IMG/VR virus record: IMGVR_UViG_3300043446_003702
Coordinates: 84,329-148,328 of that record
Origin: a virus
Length of the DNA stretch: 64,000 nucleotides
Strand: one strand, 5' to 3'
Positions 1-11,055 of this stretch are shown piece by piece (positions within the stretch are counted from its first letter, which is position 1; every line of letters begins with the position of its first letter). The position numbers and the translations under genes are program-made. The notes under the pieces were generated by a model. The model was not told where the DNA came from, searched no databases, and saw only the letters and a list, made by a program, of their open reading frames with translations.

Positions 1-1891
1 TGATGTAATAACTTTGTCCAACTACAATACCACCGGCTGTGGTACCTGAAAAAATAATTTCTTCACCTTCGTACAGTCCAGCAGTTGAGCTGCAGGTAAT
101 ATAGTTGCTGCCTGCTTGGGTGGCTGTGCAAGTAAATGTAGTTGTACCGGACCCATATGAAACTGGTAACACATCACCAGTAAATCTTACTTTGAGCCCG
201 TTGGTAAATGTTACTCCATTGGGACTGACATAATTTTTTTGTCCAATGATTTGATCGATAAAAATTGTGCTGGTTTCTGTTTGATCCAGTAGCCGTATTT
301 TTCCAAAAATCTCTGGATCAGTTGCATCTTGATACCATAATTCATTAAGCACTGCTGTCAGCAAAGGTATGCGTTGGAAATATCCTGTGGAGTTTTTATA
401 CCAACTGGTATTGCTGTATGTGGTGCCGTAACTGATGGTAAACTTTTGATTTAGCCCAATATCAGCAATTTTAGCCAAACTGATGTAGTCAATACCACTG
501 CGATTTACAACACTGATTTGCCAAACCTGATAGCGGTCTGCCACGGGTACAACATCAGTCTGATCATATGTTACGGTATCATAACTGCCCACCTGACCAT
601 TTTGTGAATCTAATCGAGGTAGTGGGTCATAAAATGATGTTATCAACCAGCCACCATCAGTGTCATCTGCAATGGGATTTGTAAACACCAGAGTACGACC
701 GTCAAGATATGTGGTCCCGTCAATGCCGCCGTAAGTGGCAATAAACTGTTCCAATGATTGATTGTTGATTTGATCAAATTTTAAATCAGTCAACAGATCA
801 ATTGGTCCTACGTCAGGAAGATCATAATAAAATTGTTGGGCTGTTTTTTGTGGTACATTAAAAGAAACAACACCAAGATCTTCACCATTGTCAGTAACAC
901 CATACACATCTCGATTGCTGATATTAGGTGTAGTAGGAACTACCCCTGCTACTCCTGGTGAAGTTTGAATCCAAAAGCCTGGGCCAGTTCCTGGAGTACC
1001 ATCAACAATATTAATGGTACCACGTAGGTTGGTTTGATTTTGACTAACGTAGTACAAGGTGTCGGGAGCATCTTGCGGCACAGTAAACGTCACTAGACCA
1101 AAACTGCTCCCGTTGCGCGACACCCCTGAATTGTATGCATCGCCGGTTCCGAGACTCACGGCAGTTTTAATCCAGAAAGGATAAACGCCATTTAGTGTGA
1201 TATTGAAAACATAGGTATTGCCACGTGCCAAGGTCAGTGTAGGATTGGCCTGAAAATCAATCAAGTACGAGGAAGTTCCATTGTTGGTAACCCGATAGTT
1301 CACAGTTTCTTTGGCATTTTGTGCTACTTGAAACGTGTAACTACCTCCACGCACTAGATCAATTGTGGGATTATTTCCGTTTAGGCCTGAGAATGTATAA
1401 ACCCCATTTTCTCTGGTTACCACAAAGTTATTGGCAGTGGGAGTACCAAGAGATTTTACATCAACAGTTTCTGGGCCACTGGGCAACCAAAAATACTGAC
1501 TAAAGTTAATAAAACTATCATAATCAATAAATGGATCCCATGTGTAGTATTCACTGTTGTACAGTTGATCTGGTTTGTTTTGATTACCGCCTTGAAAACC
1601 AATGGCATCATTCATGCCTGGGTAAGTTATAACATTTTTTACATCTTGGGTGTCAGGTTTGAGGCTGACGACTCCGGCCTCGAGTTGATAATTTTGTCTT
1701 GTTGCACTGGGTTCTACAACATAACTGTCGTTGGGGTTGACGCCTGGTCCCACAGTACGGCCAATAAAACCTTGTGTTTTTTTAAACTTGGGTTCCTGAA
1801 CCATTTGATCCAGTGTGGCCGCCAAGAATTGTTTGTTAACTGGGGTCTGAAATATCTGTGGAAGAAAATCAACTGATCTTGTGCGTGCCAT
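1..1891 (-). CDS. Large baseplate/virion structural protein (gp7-like position), truncated at the window start; absent from the ORF track
   Basis: ATG at 1891 overlaps the gp6 stop (TAATG). Hand translation of both ends gives MARTRSVDFLPQIFQTPVNKQFLAATLDQ... and ...SGTTAGGIVVGQSYYI at the window edge in the same frame. It lies directly after gp6. Confidence 0.75.
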   Translation of the reverse strand, partial: MARTRSVDFLPQIFQTPVNKQFLAATLDQMVQEPKFKKTQGFIGRTVGPGVNPNDSYVVEPSATRQNYQLEAGVVSLKPDTQDVKNVITYPGMNDAIGFQGGNQNKPDQLYNSEYYTWDPFIDYDSFINFSQYFWLPSGPETVDVKSLGTPTANNFVVTRENGVYTFSGLNGNNPTIDLVRGGSYTFQVAQNAKETVNYRVTNNGTSSYLIDFQANPTLTLARGNTYVFNITLNGVYPFWIKTAVSLGTGDAYNSGVSRNGSSFGLVTFTVPQDAPDTLYYVSQNQTNLRGTINIVDGTPGTGPGFWIQTSPGVAGVVPTTPNISNRDVYGVTDNGEDLGVVSFNVPQKTAQQFYYDLPDVGPIDLLTDLKFDQINNQSLEQFIATYGGIDGTTYLDGRTLVFTNPIADDTDGGWLITSFYDPLPRLDSQNGQVGSYDTVTYDQTDVVPVADRYQVWQISVVNRSGIDYISLAKIADIGLNQKFTISYGTTYSNTSWYKNSTGYFQRIPLLTAVLNELWYQDATDPEIFGKIRLLDQTETSTIFIDQIIGQKNYVSPNGVTFTNGLKVRFTGDVLPVSYGSGTTTFTCTATQAGSNYITCSSTAGLYEGEEIIFSGTTAGGIVVGQSYYI

Positions 1892-4800
1892 TAAATTACT
1901 CCGCTGCCTGGTGCAGTACGTAGGTTGGTACTGGTCAGTGCTTCTATTACATCTATGTTGTCAATGACAGCACCATTGGCAAAAATTTCATTGGGCTGAC
2001 TGCGTATCTCGTACAAGTCGCCAAAACTTTTTTGTTGATTCAATGGCACCAACACCACCGAGCTAATAATTGTTCCCAACTGCCTGTGTAAGTATGCTGC
2101 CAGTTCTGAAAAGTAAAATGTATCACCAAAATTCCATTTGTCAATTGAAAAATAATTATTCATTTCGGCCAGCACCAAACTCTTGATTTCACTAGTGCTG
2201 GCGGTAGAATTTTGAGCACGAATCACTTTGATTGTACCACGGAGTTCTGCTGCGGCCTTGGGACCAAACAAGGGTTTGAACACCACTGAATTTACCACAA
2301 TGTTGTCTGAGATCATTTTATAATCTTGCAATGCTTGATATTCGGTTGTCAGCTCATCAATTGTGGGCATGTCTGGTTCAATCACAGTACCTGTAGTATC
2401 GCGCAACCAATTTTGATAAGCAGTGTAATAATTCAAAGTAACCACATACATGTCAATAATATTGGTGGTACCTGGATCAATTCTGTTGGTAAGGGGCGAG
2501 TTGTGACGATACTGGAAGTACAAACTTTGTCTACCAGTTTTCGCAATCCAACCTGACACACTGACAATGGTGCGTACTCCTGTTACTGAAATGCTGAGTT
2601 GATAAAATGCATTTTCGTCGTAGGCATAAAATACCTGTCCCGGAGTCCACTCAGTTTTGGCCAATTCAATTTCTTCCAAGGTGCCGTAGAGATAAACAAC
2701 TCTACCAGGCTCTACCAAGAGATATCGTTGCAGGTTGTCAAAGTCCACTGTTTGCTGCAAGAACACATAAGGCCCAGCAGTTGTAGCAGGTCCCACAATT
2801 TCGTCAAAGAAATCTGGATTATCTGGCACCCCGTCATTGTCGCTATCTCTAAAACTGACCAGGACTTGAAAGTCGTCTACATAGCCGTCGCTTTCCACAG
2901 GTTGCCCAATGATTGTGGTATAGATATCGCCCGGCAGGGGTTCTGTTGAGTTGGGTTGTGTGTTCACTGCCAACACATTGATAAAGTCTTTGATGATTGT
3001 ACCTGTACGGCTGTCATATACCAATTGATCTTCGTAGAAGAAGAAACGTGTCTGCAACACTGATCCAAAGTTGTAGGACAGTCCCCGAAATGTAATGGTG
3101 TAATTTTGATTTTCTACAACAAACTGTATTAGCCAACTAGCATCAAGATTAGTACCTGATGTGTTACCAGCATATTGTTGACTCCATGTTGCAGGATTGC
3201 TTTGGGAATACGCATCAAGATTGGTGCTGGTTATGAGATACCAAGTGTAAGGTGTACCAGTTATATCACCGTTGTTATCATATCCCAATCCAAAATTTCG
3301 ATACAATAGAATCTGCTCACTCATTTGCTGTTCAATAGTGGTGGGAAGATCAGTAACAAACAATGGAATAATACTGTCTACCAAGGCACCAGTGGGCACA
3401 AAGTTATTGATGGTTACAGGTCCTGATCCACTGGCTAGATTTCCAACACCGTTGTTGTATCCATCCCCCACAATGGCCTGAGGGCTGGCCCAAATTTCCA
3501 TGCGTTCGTCTGCTCGCATGGGTGTGCCTTGAACCAATCGGTTGTTGCGATCAAAATAATAGCCTGTGGGTGGCACAAATTTTATCAAGCTGCCTACAAT
3601 GGCATACCTAAACATTGTGGTGGTTGTATCGCCAATGGGAATCGGCGTTCCTGTGGCATTGGTAAAGTATCCAGTGGTTTCATTGGCCAATGTGGTACTT
3701 TGGTGCCATTGATAACCGGCCAACCATGTTATACCATTGGGCGTTGTGGTTGATGTAATACGTGGGAAGTTAGCATAATAAAACTGTTTTACGGTGTAAC
3801 CACCAATACTTGGTTGCACCTGGTTGGTGATAATATCTGCAATATCGTTACGATTGATATAGGAAAACAATATGGTAGGTAAAATATTTTGGCGCCAAAT
3901 TGCGCCGTCACTTGAGAATGTGTTTGTTGAGCTGTACTTGCCAGTGTTATCCACAAGGTCAAGATAACGACTAGTGCCAATTGACGCACGATTCAATGCT
4001 TTGCTCTTGATGATACTGTTGTATTGTGTATAAGGGAAAAGATTGTAGTCTTCTCCATTGACCATGCGGTTTTGTGTGTAGTACCGTGCAGGAGCACGTT
4101 GTTTGATTTCAGCAATGGGTTCACGTGCTTGGCTGTTGCTCACTGGACGAGTAATGCCGCAAGTGAATGTGATGGTTTGTAAGTTTCCGTTGCGGTCAGT
4201 GTAGCTGATGGGCAGCACAACGTTTTGCATTTCTTCAGGATTGATAATGTACTGTAATCCATTTGATGCACGAACATAGGCACGAAATATACCCACAGGA
4301 ATTTCACTAAACACACCATCCCCAAAAATCATGGTGATTTGATCATTGGCTCTTGATGTTACTGAGTAAATGGGTTGCAGCACATTGTTGCGTTGTTCGG
4401 CTGCTGTGTAAACATTTTCCACGTATTTCCACTCACGGCTGATATTACCAATGTTGTCTAACTGAAATAACCACCGGTCGTCGTTGTTTACTCCCTCAAT
4501 ATTGATGTCTACTGTGCGATTAGCAATTCGCTCAGTCAAATTAAAATCTTGATTTTGCAAGATACCTTGTTTGAAGAAAAAGAAATATCCAGTATTGGCT
4601 GACTGAAATCCCAATTGGTCATTTCTAAACAATATGTTAAACACAGTATTGGGAGTAGGGGCTGGTTCGTATACGTAATCCTTTCCTACACTGGTAGAAG
4701 TAGTGGCTTCAAACGGCATATTGATACCGTCCACAGTGGCAGTGTAAGGAATCACCGGCAAAAATCCTGACACCAAATTGATACCATATTCAGCAGTATC

Positions 4801-5346
4801 TACGCCCAGTATGGTTTGTCGATTGCCCGGGCGTCCTACTTTTTGACTGTCTACCAATGCAGCATTGATAATAGCAGTAAATTGTTCTTGCCAGTCATTA
4901 TTGGTAGGATCAGCCCAGTTCACCGTGACGTTGGAAAGATTTACGCCATTGTAGTCAACAACATTTTCAGTTGTTGTGACATTGAACACTTTGAGAAACC
5001 CTTCGGCTGCGGTGTTACGTTTGGCAGTGTAACTCACCAAATTTGCAAGACGTACCACTGAATCTCTGCGTTCAGCAGTGTCCATGTAGTTTTCGCGTGT
5101 GTTTAGATCAGTGCGAAATGCCAGTGCTTGGCCCATAAACGCCATAACGTCCAGCAAGGCAATAAATTCTGACGACTCAATGTAGTCATTGAAAGTTTCG
5201 GGGTAGTACAAACGCAGATAGTCAATGAAACTTTTGCGAAGTGTCTCAAAGTCATAGCTCTGAAAATCAGCTTCGCGGTAGGTTTGATAGATCTGTTTCC
5301 AATCTTCTACACCAAATATTGCTGTTTGTCTTGTGGTTGTTGCCAT
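1891..5346 (-). CDS. gp6: Baseplate wedge subunit, T4 gp6-like (long form)
   Basis: DFETLRKSFIDYLR...NDYIESSEFIALLDVMAF...TAERRDSVVRLA, FGDGVF and EPIAEIKQRAPARYYTQNRMVNGEDY are gp6/baseplate-J signatures. Confidence 0.9.
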   Translation of the reverse strand: MATTTRQTAIFGVEDWKQIYQTYREADFQSYDFETLRKSFIDYLRLYYPETFNDYIESSEFIALLDVMAFMGQALAFRTDLNTRENYMDTAERRDSVVRLANLVSYTAKRNTAAEGFLKVFNVTTTENVVDYNGVNLSNVTVNWADPTNNDWQEQFTAIINAALVDSQKVGRPGNRQTILGVDTAEYGINLVSGFLPVIPYTATVDGINMPFEATTSTSVGKDYVYEPAPTPNTVFNILFRNDQLGFQSANTGYFFFFKQGILQNQDFNLTERIANRTVDINIEGVNNDDRWLFQLDNIGNISREWKYVENVYTAAEQRNNVLQPIYSVTSRANDQITMIFGDGVFSEIPVGIFRAYVRASNGLQYIINPEEMQNVVLPISYTDRNGNLQTITFTCGITRPVSNSQAREPIAEIKQRAPARYYTQNRMVNGEDYNLFPYTQYNSIIKSKALNRASIGTSRYLDLVDNTGKYSSTNTFSSDGAIWRQNILPTILFSYINRNDIADIITNQVQPSIGGYTVKQFYYANFPRITSTTTPNGITWLAGYQWHQSTTLANETTGYFTNATGTPIPIGDTTTTMFRYAIVGSLIKFVPPTGYYFDRNNRLVQGTPMRADERMEIWASPQAIVGDGYNNGVGNLASGSGPVTINNFVPTGALVDSIIPLFVTDLPTTIEQQMSEQILLYRNFGLGYDNNGDITGTPYTWYLITSTNLDAYSQSNPATWSQQYAGNTSGTNLDASWLIQFVVENQNYTITFRGLSYNFGSVLQTRFFFYEDQLVYDSRTGTIIKDFINVLAVNTQPNSTEPLPGDIYTTIIGQPVESDGYVDDFQVLVSFRDSDNDGVPDNPDFFDEIVGPATTAGPYVFLQQTVDFDNLQRYLLVEPGRVVYLYGTLEEIELAKTEWTPGQVFYAYDENAFYQLSISVTGVRTIVSVSGWIAKTGRQSLYFQYRHNSPLTNRIDPGTTNIIDMYVVTLNYYTAYQNWLRDTTGTVIEPDMPTIDELTTEYQALQDYKMISDNIVVNSVVFKPLFGPKAAAELRGTIKVIRAQNSTASTSEIKSLVLAEMNNYFSIDKWNFGDTFYFSELAAYLHRQLGTIISSVVLVPLNQQKSFGDLYEIRSQPNEIFANGAVIDNIDVIEALTSTNLRTAPGSGVI

Positions 5347-5392
5347 TTTTGTCTCGTCCGTGCTTTATTTATTAATAATAAAAACGGCGTAG

Positions 5393-5767
5393 TTATACGT
5401 AACTGGCATTACGAGTTTGTTCGTCAAAGAATATGCTGAGAATTTCAGCGTTGGTGGTGTTTATAATGGTGATCTGAAGTTGTATCAGTATACCATTTAC
5501 TTGAGGAAACACTTGTATGTCATTGACAGTGAGTCTGGGATCGCCGCCTGCTACTCGCTGCACTTCGGCACGTATCTGTTGTGAAATTTGTTCAACTTGA
5601 TTTTCAAACAAAAAATCATACAAAGTGGTGCCATATCCCGGGCGTCCAGGCAGTTCACCTTGACGAATACTGAAAGCATTAAGCAGGTCTCGTTGTATAA
5701 GATCAAAGTCAGTCAGTGTGAACTTTTTGTATTGATCAATGGTATTAAAGCCAATAAATGTGGTCAT
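5393..5767 (-). CDS. gp25: Baseplate wedge/sheath initiator, gp25-like
   Basis: DLLNAFSIRQGELPGRPGYGTTLYDFLFE...DPRL is a GPW/gp25 motif; adjacent to gp6. Confidence 0.9.
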   Translation of the reverse strand: MTTFIGFNTIDQYKKFTLTDFDLIQRDLLNAFSIRQGELPGRPGYGTTLYDFLFENQVEQISQQIRAEVQRVAGGDPRLTVNDIQVFPQVNGILIQLQITIINTTNAEILSIFFDEQTRNASYV

Positions 5768-5772
5768 GTCAA

Positions 5773-5780
5773 TATTTATA
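5773..5780 (-). promoter_or_regulatory. T4-type late promoter TATAAATA (gp25)
   Basis: Perfect TATAAATA on the minus strand, 5 nt before the gp25 ATG. AATAAATA at 5366-5373 precedes gp6. Confidence 0.75.
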
Positions 5781-5797
5781 GATTACTCACCCCTGCG

Positions 5798-6868
5798 TTA
5801 CTGGGATGGTAGAACAGGTCCGGGATAGTCTAAATTAGGTATTTTGTCATTACCAAACACTCGAGTCACAGCAGCGTCCACCGTGGCACGATCTACTGTG
5901 TCTTCCGCTTCCCCTGGTGGCGCTAATTGTGCCACAGCATCGTTGAGTTTTTTGTCAGCAAAGTCCACAGCAAATGATGCGTCTTTGGCCACAGTGTCAA
6001 ATTGAGATTTTACGTTTGCAGGCAGTTCACCTTTGGCCCAGGCCAGTGTGTCTGTCGGACTCTTGGCAGCATTTAATGAGACTCCTGCCAATGCCTTGGG
6101 ATTGAGTTTATCAATTGGAATCCCCAGTTGTTTAACTACGTTTAGTCCTGAGCTCATTAAATTTTGTTGTGTTAAATTTTGTACGGCTGGGTTGTTTAAC
6201 AATCCATCAAGGTTGTTAATACCATCTTTGCCGGTCCACACTGCAGGACTTTTAAGTACGCTGGTCAATGAGTTGGTACCTTGATTGAGAAACGATGCCA
6301 CTGTCCCAGTTTTTAACAAGCCGGCGTTTTCTAACTGAGACGCATTGAATCCAAATTTACCTACCCCTGCAGCGTCACTAAATTCTGATGTGGTTTGTCC
6401 TACCAAGGTTGATGCTTGCGACATGGCTGATCTTACATCAATGCCACTGAGTCCGCTGATAGAAGTCAACGATGGTGTTTGTTTGGCAAAATCAGCCAAG
6501 TTTATGCCGTTTGTAACTGGGGTTCCACTGATGACTTTGGTTATACCTGACAATGTTTGTTGTGCCACAGATGTTGCTGACCCCAGCACAGAGGAGAATT
6601 CTTTGCCTGCTGAACTAAATGCTGGACCCAATGCTCCTGAAGTCAATCCTGGAACGCCACTGAGTGCCTGTGACACTTGTCCTGATGCAGCCGCAAGACC
6701 ACCTTGAGCTTGTTTGGCTGCATTTATTACATCACCAGACTCTAGGCCAACCAGGGCACCAGTCTTTGACTGTTGTTCAAACACTGCGCGAGCCTGTGCT
6801 TCAGTAGCACCTGGTGGCCCTTGAATGTTGAATTTTTTTCCAAGATAATCAAAAACAAAATTGCTCAT
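5798..6868 (-). CDS. Baseplate-associated protein with a lysozyme-like C-terminal region
   Basis: Start reassigned to ATG 6868 (ATGA overlap with the upstream stop). GKFGF..QLENAGLLK..WTGKDGINNLDGLLNNPAVQ resembles muramidase-like domains. Confidence 0.55.
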   Translation of the reverse strand: MSNFVFDYLGKKFNIQGPPGATEAQARAVFEQQSKTGALVGLESGDVINAAKQAQGGLAAASGQVSQALSGVPGLTSGALGPAFSSAGKEFSSVLGSATSVAQQTLSGITKVISGTPVTNGINLADFAKQTPSLTSISGLSGIDVRSAMSQASTLVGQTTSEFSDAAGVGKFGFNASQLENAGLLKTGTVASFLNQGTNSLTSVLKSPAVWTGKDGINNLDGLLNNPAVQNLTQQNLMSSGLNVVKQLGIPIDKLNPKALAGVSLNAAKSPTDTLAWAKGELPANVKSQFDTVAKDASFAVDFADKKLNDAVAQLAPPGEAEDTVDRATVDAAVTRVFGNDKIPNLDYPGPVLPSQ

Positions 6869-8367
6869 TTGGCTTGAATATTCCATCCTGCAGGCATAGG
6901 TACAGCACCTGGTGGTGGTGTGGGTTGTCCTGGTTCTAATTTTATTTTTACATCAACACCCTTGTTGTGATACGGATATGGTTCATGTGTGGGTGCTCGA
7001 GGCACAATAGTTTTCAATGCTTTTTTGTCAACTTCCCAACCTTTGCTGGTATTAAATGTTGTGTCATCTAATTCAATTGTGGCAATGGGGTCTGGTGCAT
7101 CCACTGTGGGCGCAGTGGGACCATTAAGGTCAATGCCGCCGGCAGTGAACAACAAGGCGTCACCTCCGTTCCATGATCCTGAAGCACTGTTCATGGCCAA
7201 AGAACCATCGGCCTTGACGCCTATGGTGTTTTTGCTGTAGATTTTAAATTCATTTTGTGCAGTAACACTGAGATCAGTCATGGCCTCCACTGTCATGGCA
7301 TTGGCAGTTTTGATCTGTATATTGCCACCTGAATACATGTTGATGTCGCGGTCAGCATGCAGGTTGATGTCACCCTGTGTGCGAATGTTTACACTGTTGG
7401 TAGAGAACACATCCACTGTGCCTTCTTTGCCAAACTCCAACCAAGTCTGACCGTTGGCATGTGTAATATAGAAAAAGTCACCAGAGTCATTCATGGTAAT
7501 CTGATGACCCTTGGGGGTTCGCAATCTAAACAAGGCATTGTTGCCGTCAAGATCACCATCGTCCATCACAAGGGTGTGCCCACCCATACGACCAATCACT
7601 TCGGCTTGATCAGGTCTGATCTCATTGGCCTGAATCTTTTTACGGATATCATTGGGACTCATACCTCCTTGGTACACAGGTATTCCCGGCGTACTAATAC
7701 CAAACACAGCACTGGGCGTTTCCCGCTGGCTACTTGACCGTATTGGACCGCGTTCTATATCCTTGTTGAGTCCTTGTTGGAACAATACGCCAGCAGCCAC
7801 AGCATGCACGGGTTTTTTTTGATCAAAAAATCTTCCATTGTTGACAATAGCAATATTATCCGTGTTGATTTCTGTCACTGGCAGCAGTTTGTCATCAGCA
7901 AAATATGTTTCTTGATTTTTGTTGCCTACCACATACTGAGTGGTGCTGCCAATAGCAGGAACCATGTGTCCTATACCGTCATCAGGAACCACACCAATGT
8001 AATAACCCAGCTGCCGATCACCATTGGCAAAAACACACAAAATTTTAATACCAATGTCTGGTGGTGTAAACCACATGCCGTATGCATTTTGATTTTGTGT
8101 ATAATCACCCACTCCAGTGTTGGCTGTGTTGCCTTCGGGTGTGTAACCATAGAATCCTGGCAGATATCTCACAGTGGTCCATTTAGATGAATCTTCGGGA
8201 TCACCACTGGTAAATGTTTCAATATAAACTTGCAATCTTCCACTGCGAGTGGGATCAACATTGTTTTTGACTATGCCCACAAAAGGTCCAAATTCCGTAG
8301 GTACGCCGCCACGATCTAATTTGTAGTTGGTTGGCCTACCTCTGCTGCGTTGTATATCTTCTGACAA
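6865..8367 (-). CDS. gp5: Baseplate hub/spike, gp5/VgrG-like (OB-fold plus beta-helix, no internal lysozyme)
   Basis: GIVKNNVDPTRSGRLQV and YGMWFTPPDIG..LCVFANGD..GYYIG (gp5 OB fold), beta-helix repeats and a PTHEPY tip motif. TTG start with AAGGAG SD. Confidence 0.8.
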   Translation of the reverse strand: MSEDIQRSRGRPTNYKLDRGGVPTEFGPFVGIVKNNVDPTRSGRLQVYIETFTSGDPEDSSKWTTVRYLPGFYGYTPEGNTANTGVGDYTQNQNAYGMWFTPPDIGIKILCVFANGDRQLGYYIGVVPDDGIGHMVPAIGSTTQYVVGNKNQETYFADDKLLPVTEINTDNIAIVNNGRFFDQKKPVHAVAAGVLFQQGLNKDIERGPIRSSSQRETPSAVFGISTPGIPVYQGGMSPNDIRKKIQANEIRPDQAEVIGRMGGHTLVMDDGDLDGNNALFRLRTPKGHQITMNDSGDFFYITHANGQTWLEFGKEGTVDVFSTNSVNIRTQGDINLHADRDINMYSGGNIQIKTANAMTVEAMTDLSVTAQNEFKIYSKNTIGVKADGSLAMNSASGSWNGGDALLFTAGGIDLNGPTAPTVDAPDPIATIELDDTTFNTSKGWEVDKKALKTIVPRAPTHEPYPYHNKGVDVKIKLEPGQPTPPPGAVPMPAGWNIQAK

Positions 8368-8376
8368 AATTACTCC

Positions 8377-11052
8377 TTATGCTTCTCTAACTATGGTCTG
8401 TGTGCGTCCAGCATTGACGTAGGGGTTGGTATTCAACGGTATTGGCGCATTGTCACTGAATGCAACTGGAGTGACTCCTGACCCTGTGGGTGCTTGTGGG
8501 TAGGTTGCTGGGCCAATATTCAAGTTGTTGTTGTTCTGCAACGACGATGGTGCGCTTGATGCTCCGACACTGTTCAAAGGTGCGGATGCTATTGGTATTG
8601 TTCCAGTGTTTGTAAATGCCGCTGAAGTTTTTATATTGTTATATAAAGTGTTATTGAAATTTGTTGCCGCTGTTGTTTCTGCTGTAGCGGGTTCTGCCGA
8701 AGGTGATTGTGCATTTTGTCTGTTCAACTGAGCATTATCTGTTGTACCTTCGTTGCTTCCAGTATTGGCTGCTGCTGATTTGCCTACAGTGTTTGTGCCA
8801 TCAGGTTTGGGAAACATGTACAATGCGCCCTCAATTGTTTGTTCAAATTTTCCTTGTCTAAATTCACTCACAACCTTCTGTGCAGAATACACTGTGCTTT
8901 GTATTGGTAGTCGATCTTTTGTATTACCACCAGCATACGGATCTGCCAGTCCAGTGTTCAAATCATAATCTTTTGGACGTTGCCATGATATTTCAAACAT
9001 CACTTGCTGTGCGTCAAAATTTATGCTGCCGTCAGGTAAAAATGCCGAGTAACTGAATTCTTTAAGACTCACCCCACCAGACATACTGCCTTGTTGAATC
9101 CAAGCAGGATCACCAACAATTCGTAAATTACATGTGCCCATATCACCAGGACTGTAAAGATACTCAGCAGCATTGGCCTGTGCTTCAAGTGCGCGGGCTT
9201 CTTCGCCTTGTCTATCTTCTGTACTACTGGGAGCATAGGTATAAAACGGAATTTCTCGCATGCTTGCAGTTGTTGCCTCCCGTATAACTTCTGCCCCACT
9301 TTCGCTTTTTTTAGTACCAGTCACTGTGATATTATACAAACTGTTAAAACTGGCAGTAAAATCTATCACTGCTGTATTTTGTCCAGTGAACCAGTAAGGA
9401 TATGCTTTGTGTATGCCGCGAAACTCAGTCAATGGAAAATATTTTGAATTAAAATTTTGTAAAGGATACGGTGTGACAAAAAATACAATATCATAAGCAA
9501 AGTCATTGCGTTTTCGATCATACTTGCCCTGGTACGCTTCCATAGAAATTTCAAACCACATCATGGGCTTTTTTGTTGCATTTGGATTGGGAGCTTCTTT
9601 GTTTGTTTTGGCATCTATCACTGTCAACTGTTGATTGTAAATGTAACTGCTTTTCCTAATGGCTTGGTCAATGACCTGTACTAATTGCATACCAGAAGTG
9701 ACTGACCATTTACGTGCCACACTGTCCATGGGGTTTGTTTCTGGAGACAACGCTTGATTGGCGTTTTGACTAGGTGCGACCCCCATTGGAGTATTACTTT
9801 GAATTACAACATTGCCTGTTAATTTCAACAACGACTCGCCAATATCAAGTTCTGGATAATCTGGGTGCTTTCCAAATTCAATAGCGTAAGTGTCAGCCAC
9901 GGTATAGATGCCGTCTTTGACCAATTTTTGTTGGTATTCATTCATGGCTCCTATGACACCTTGTTTGATAGTCAATGACGAAGTGGGTGCGGTTGATGCC
10001 TTGGGCGGCGGCGGTGTTGTTGACCCAGAAATTGCTGATGGTGAGTAGTTTGGATTGCCAAATACTCCACTTAAAGAATTGCCACCAGTGGTTGTGGTTG
10101 CTCCCGGATTATCAACAGGTGCAGTTGATGACACATACTTTAAATTGTCACCTAGTAATTCACTGACTGTTTTTGCAGAAAATTCTCCATCAAAAGGTAT
10201 TGTGCCACGACGTGTGCTGCCAGCCACCCATTGACCTATGGGTGCACATTCAAAGTCATATGTGACCAGCCTTGAACTCACCTGCCAATTGATGTTTGTA
10301 ATAATAAATGGTATAAATTTTTCTACCACAGCATTGGGGTCAGTCAATCCTGTGTTGGGGTCAGCAGCACCAACAGCTATCTGATTACCGTTGATGTCAT
10401 ACCCATACCACCGTATGACCATGAGATATGCCGCGGCAGTGTAGTTTATGGGCTCATTGTTGTTGTCTACCTGAGCTACATCTTGTACAGCTCGATATAA
10501 TCTATCCAATAATGTTATATTTCCTGGTTCTACCACAGTGAATTTTAAATCAGTGACAAAATGCGGGCTTTGTGTCAGTTTGCCAGGCAAGGCATTTTCT
10601 ATAGTAATAGAATCAATGTAAAAATCTTGCGGGAATGCAGGATTGCGACCATAGTCTTCCTCCCCGTCATTGACAAAATCTGCATTGGGATCTTGGCCGC
10701 CTACTGAGCCTGATCCTTTGCCCAAAAACCCACCTTTGTTGACCGGTGCGCCACCGCTTTGAAACAACAAAAAGTATCCGTTAAGGTTCTTTTTTGATCC
10801 TCGTAAAAACGTTTGATATTGCACATTGCTCATTAGATACACACTGGCAGAATAGGTGTAACTGGCAAATCTATCTAAAACGTTTGGTTGCGGAGTAATT
10901 TCGTCAGAGGCTGAGAGATTGCCTGACACATTGGCCTGGGTTTGCGTAGCTGTAACCGTGACCTCACCCAGTGTACGGTCATCATCGTTATTGAGATTAG
11001 CCGACTGTGGTTGGTTGTCAGGATTGGACAGTTTGGGTGGAGCATCAGCCAT
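8377..11052 (-). CDS. Tail/baseplate hub protein (gp27/Mu gp44-like)
   Basis: 891 aa between gp53 and gp5. C-terminal CNLRIVGDPAWI...YSAQKVVSEFRQGKFEQTI is typical of hub proteins. Confidence 0.55.
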   Translation of the reverse strand: MADAPPKLSNPDNQPQSANLNNDDDRTLGEVTVTATQTQANVSGNLSASDEITPQPNVLDRFASYTYSASVYLMSNVQYQTFLRGSKKNLNGYFLLFQSGGAPVNKGGFLGKGSGSVGGQDPNADFVNDGEEDYGRNPAFPQDFYIDSITIENALPGKLTQSPHFVTDLKFTVVEPGNITLLDRLYRAVQDVAQVDNNNEPINYTAAAYLMVIRWYGYDINGNQIAVGAADPNTGLTDPNAVVEKFIPFIITNINWQVSSRLVTYDFECAPIGQWVAGSTRRGTIPFDGEFSAKTVSELLGDNLKYVSSTAPVDNPGATTTTGGNSLSGVFGNPNYSPSAISGSTTPPPPKASTAPTSSLTIKQGVIGAMNEYQQKLVKDGIYTVADTYAIEFGKHPDYPELDIGESLLKLTGNVVIQSNTPMGVAPSQNANQALSPETNPMDSVARKWSVTSGMQLVQVIDQAIRKSSYIYNQQLTVIDAKTNKEAPNPNATKKPMMWFEISMEAYQGKYDRKRNDFAYDIVFFVTPYPLQNFNSKYFPLTEFRGIHKAYPYWFTGQNTAVIDFTASFNSLYNITVTGTKKSESGAEVIREATTASMREIPFYTYAPSSTEDRQGEEARALEAQANAAEYLYSPGDMGTCNLRIVGDPAWIQQGSMSGGVSLKEFSYSAFLPDGSINFDAQQVMFEISWQRPKDYDLNTGLADPYAGGNTKDRLPIQSTVYSAQKVVSEFRQGKFEQTIEGALYMFPKPDGTNTVGKSAAANTGSNEGTTDNAQLNRQNAQSPSAEPATAETTAATNFNNTLYNNIKTSAAFTNTGTIPIASAPLNSVGASSAPSSLQNNNNLNIGPATYPQAPTGSGVTPVAFSDNAPIPLNTNPYVNAGRTQTIVREA

Positions 11053-11055
11053 GTT

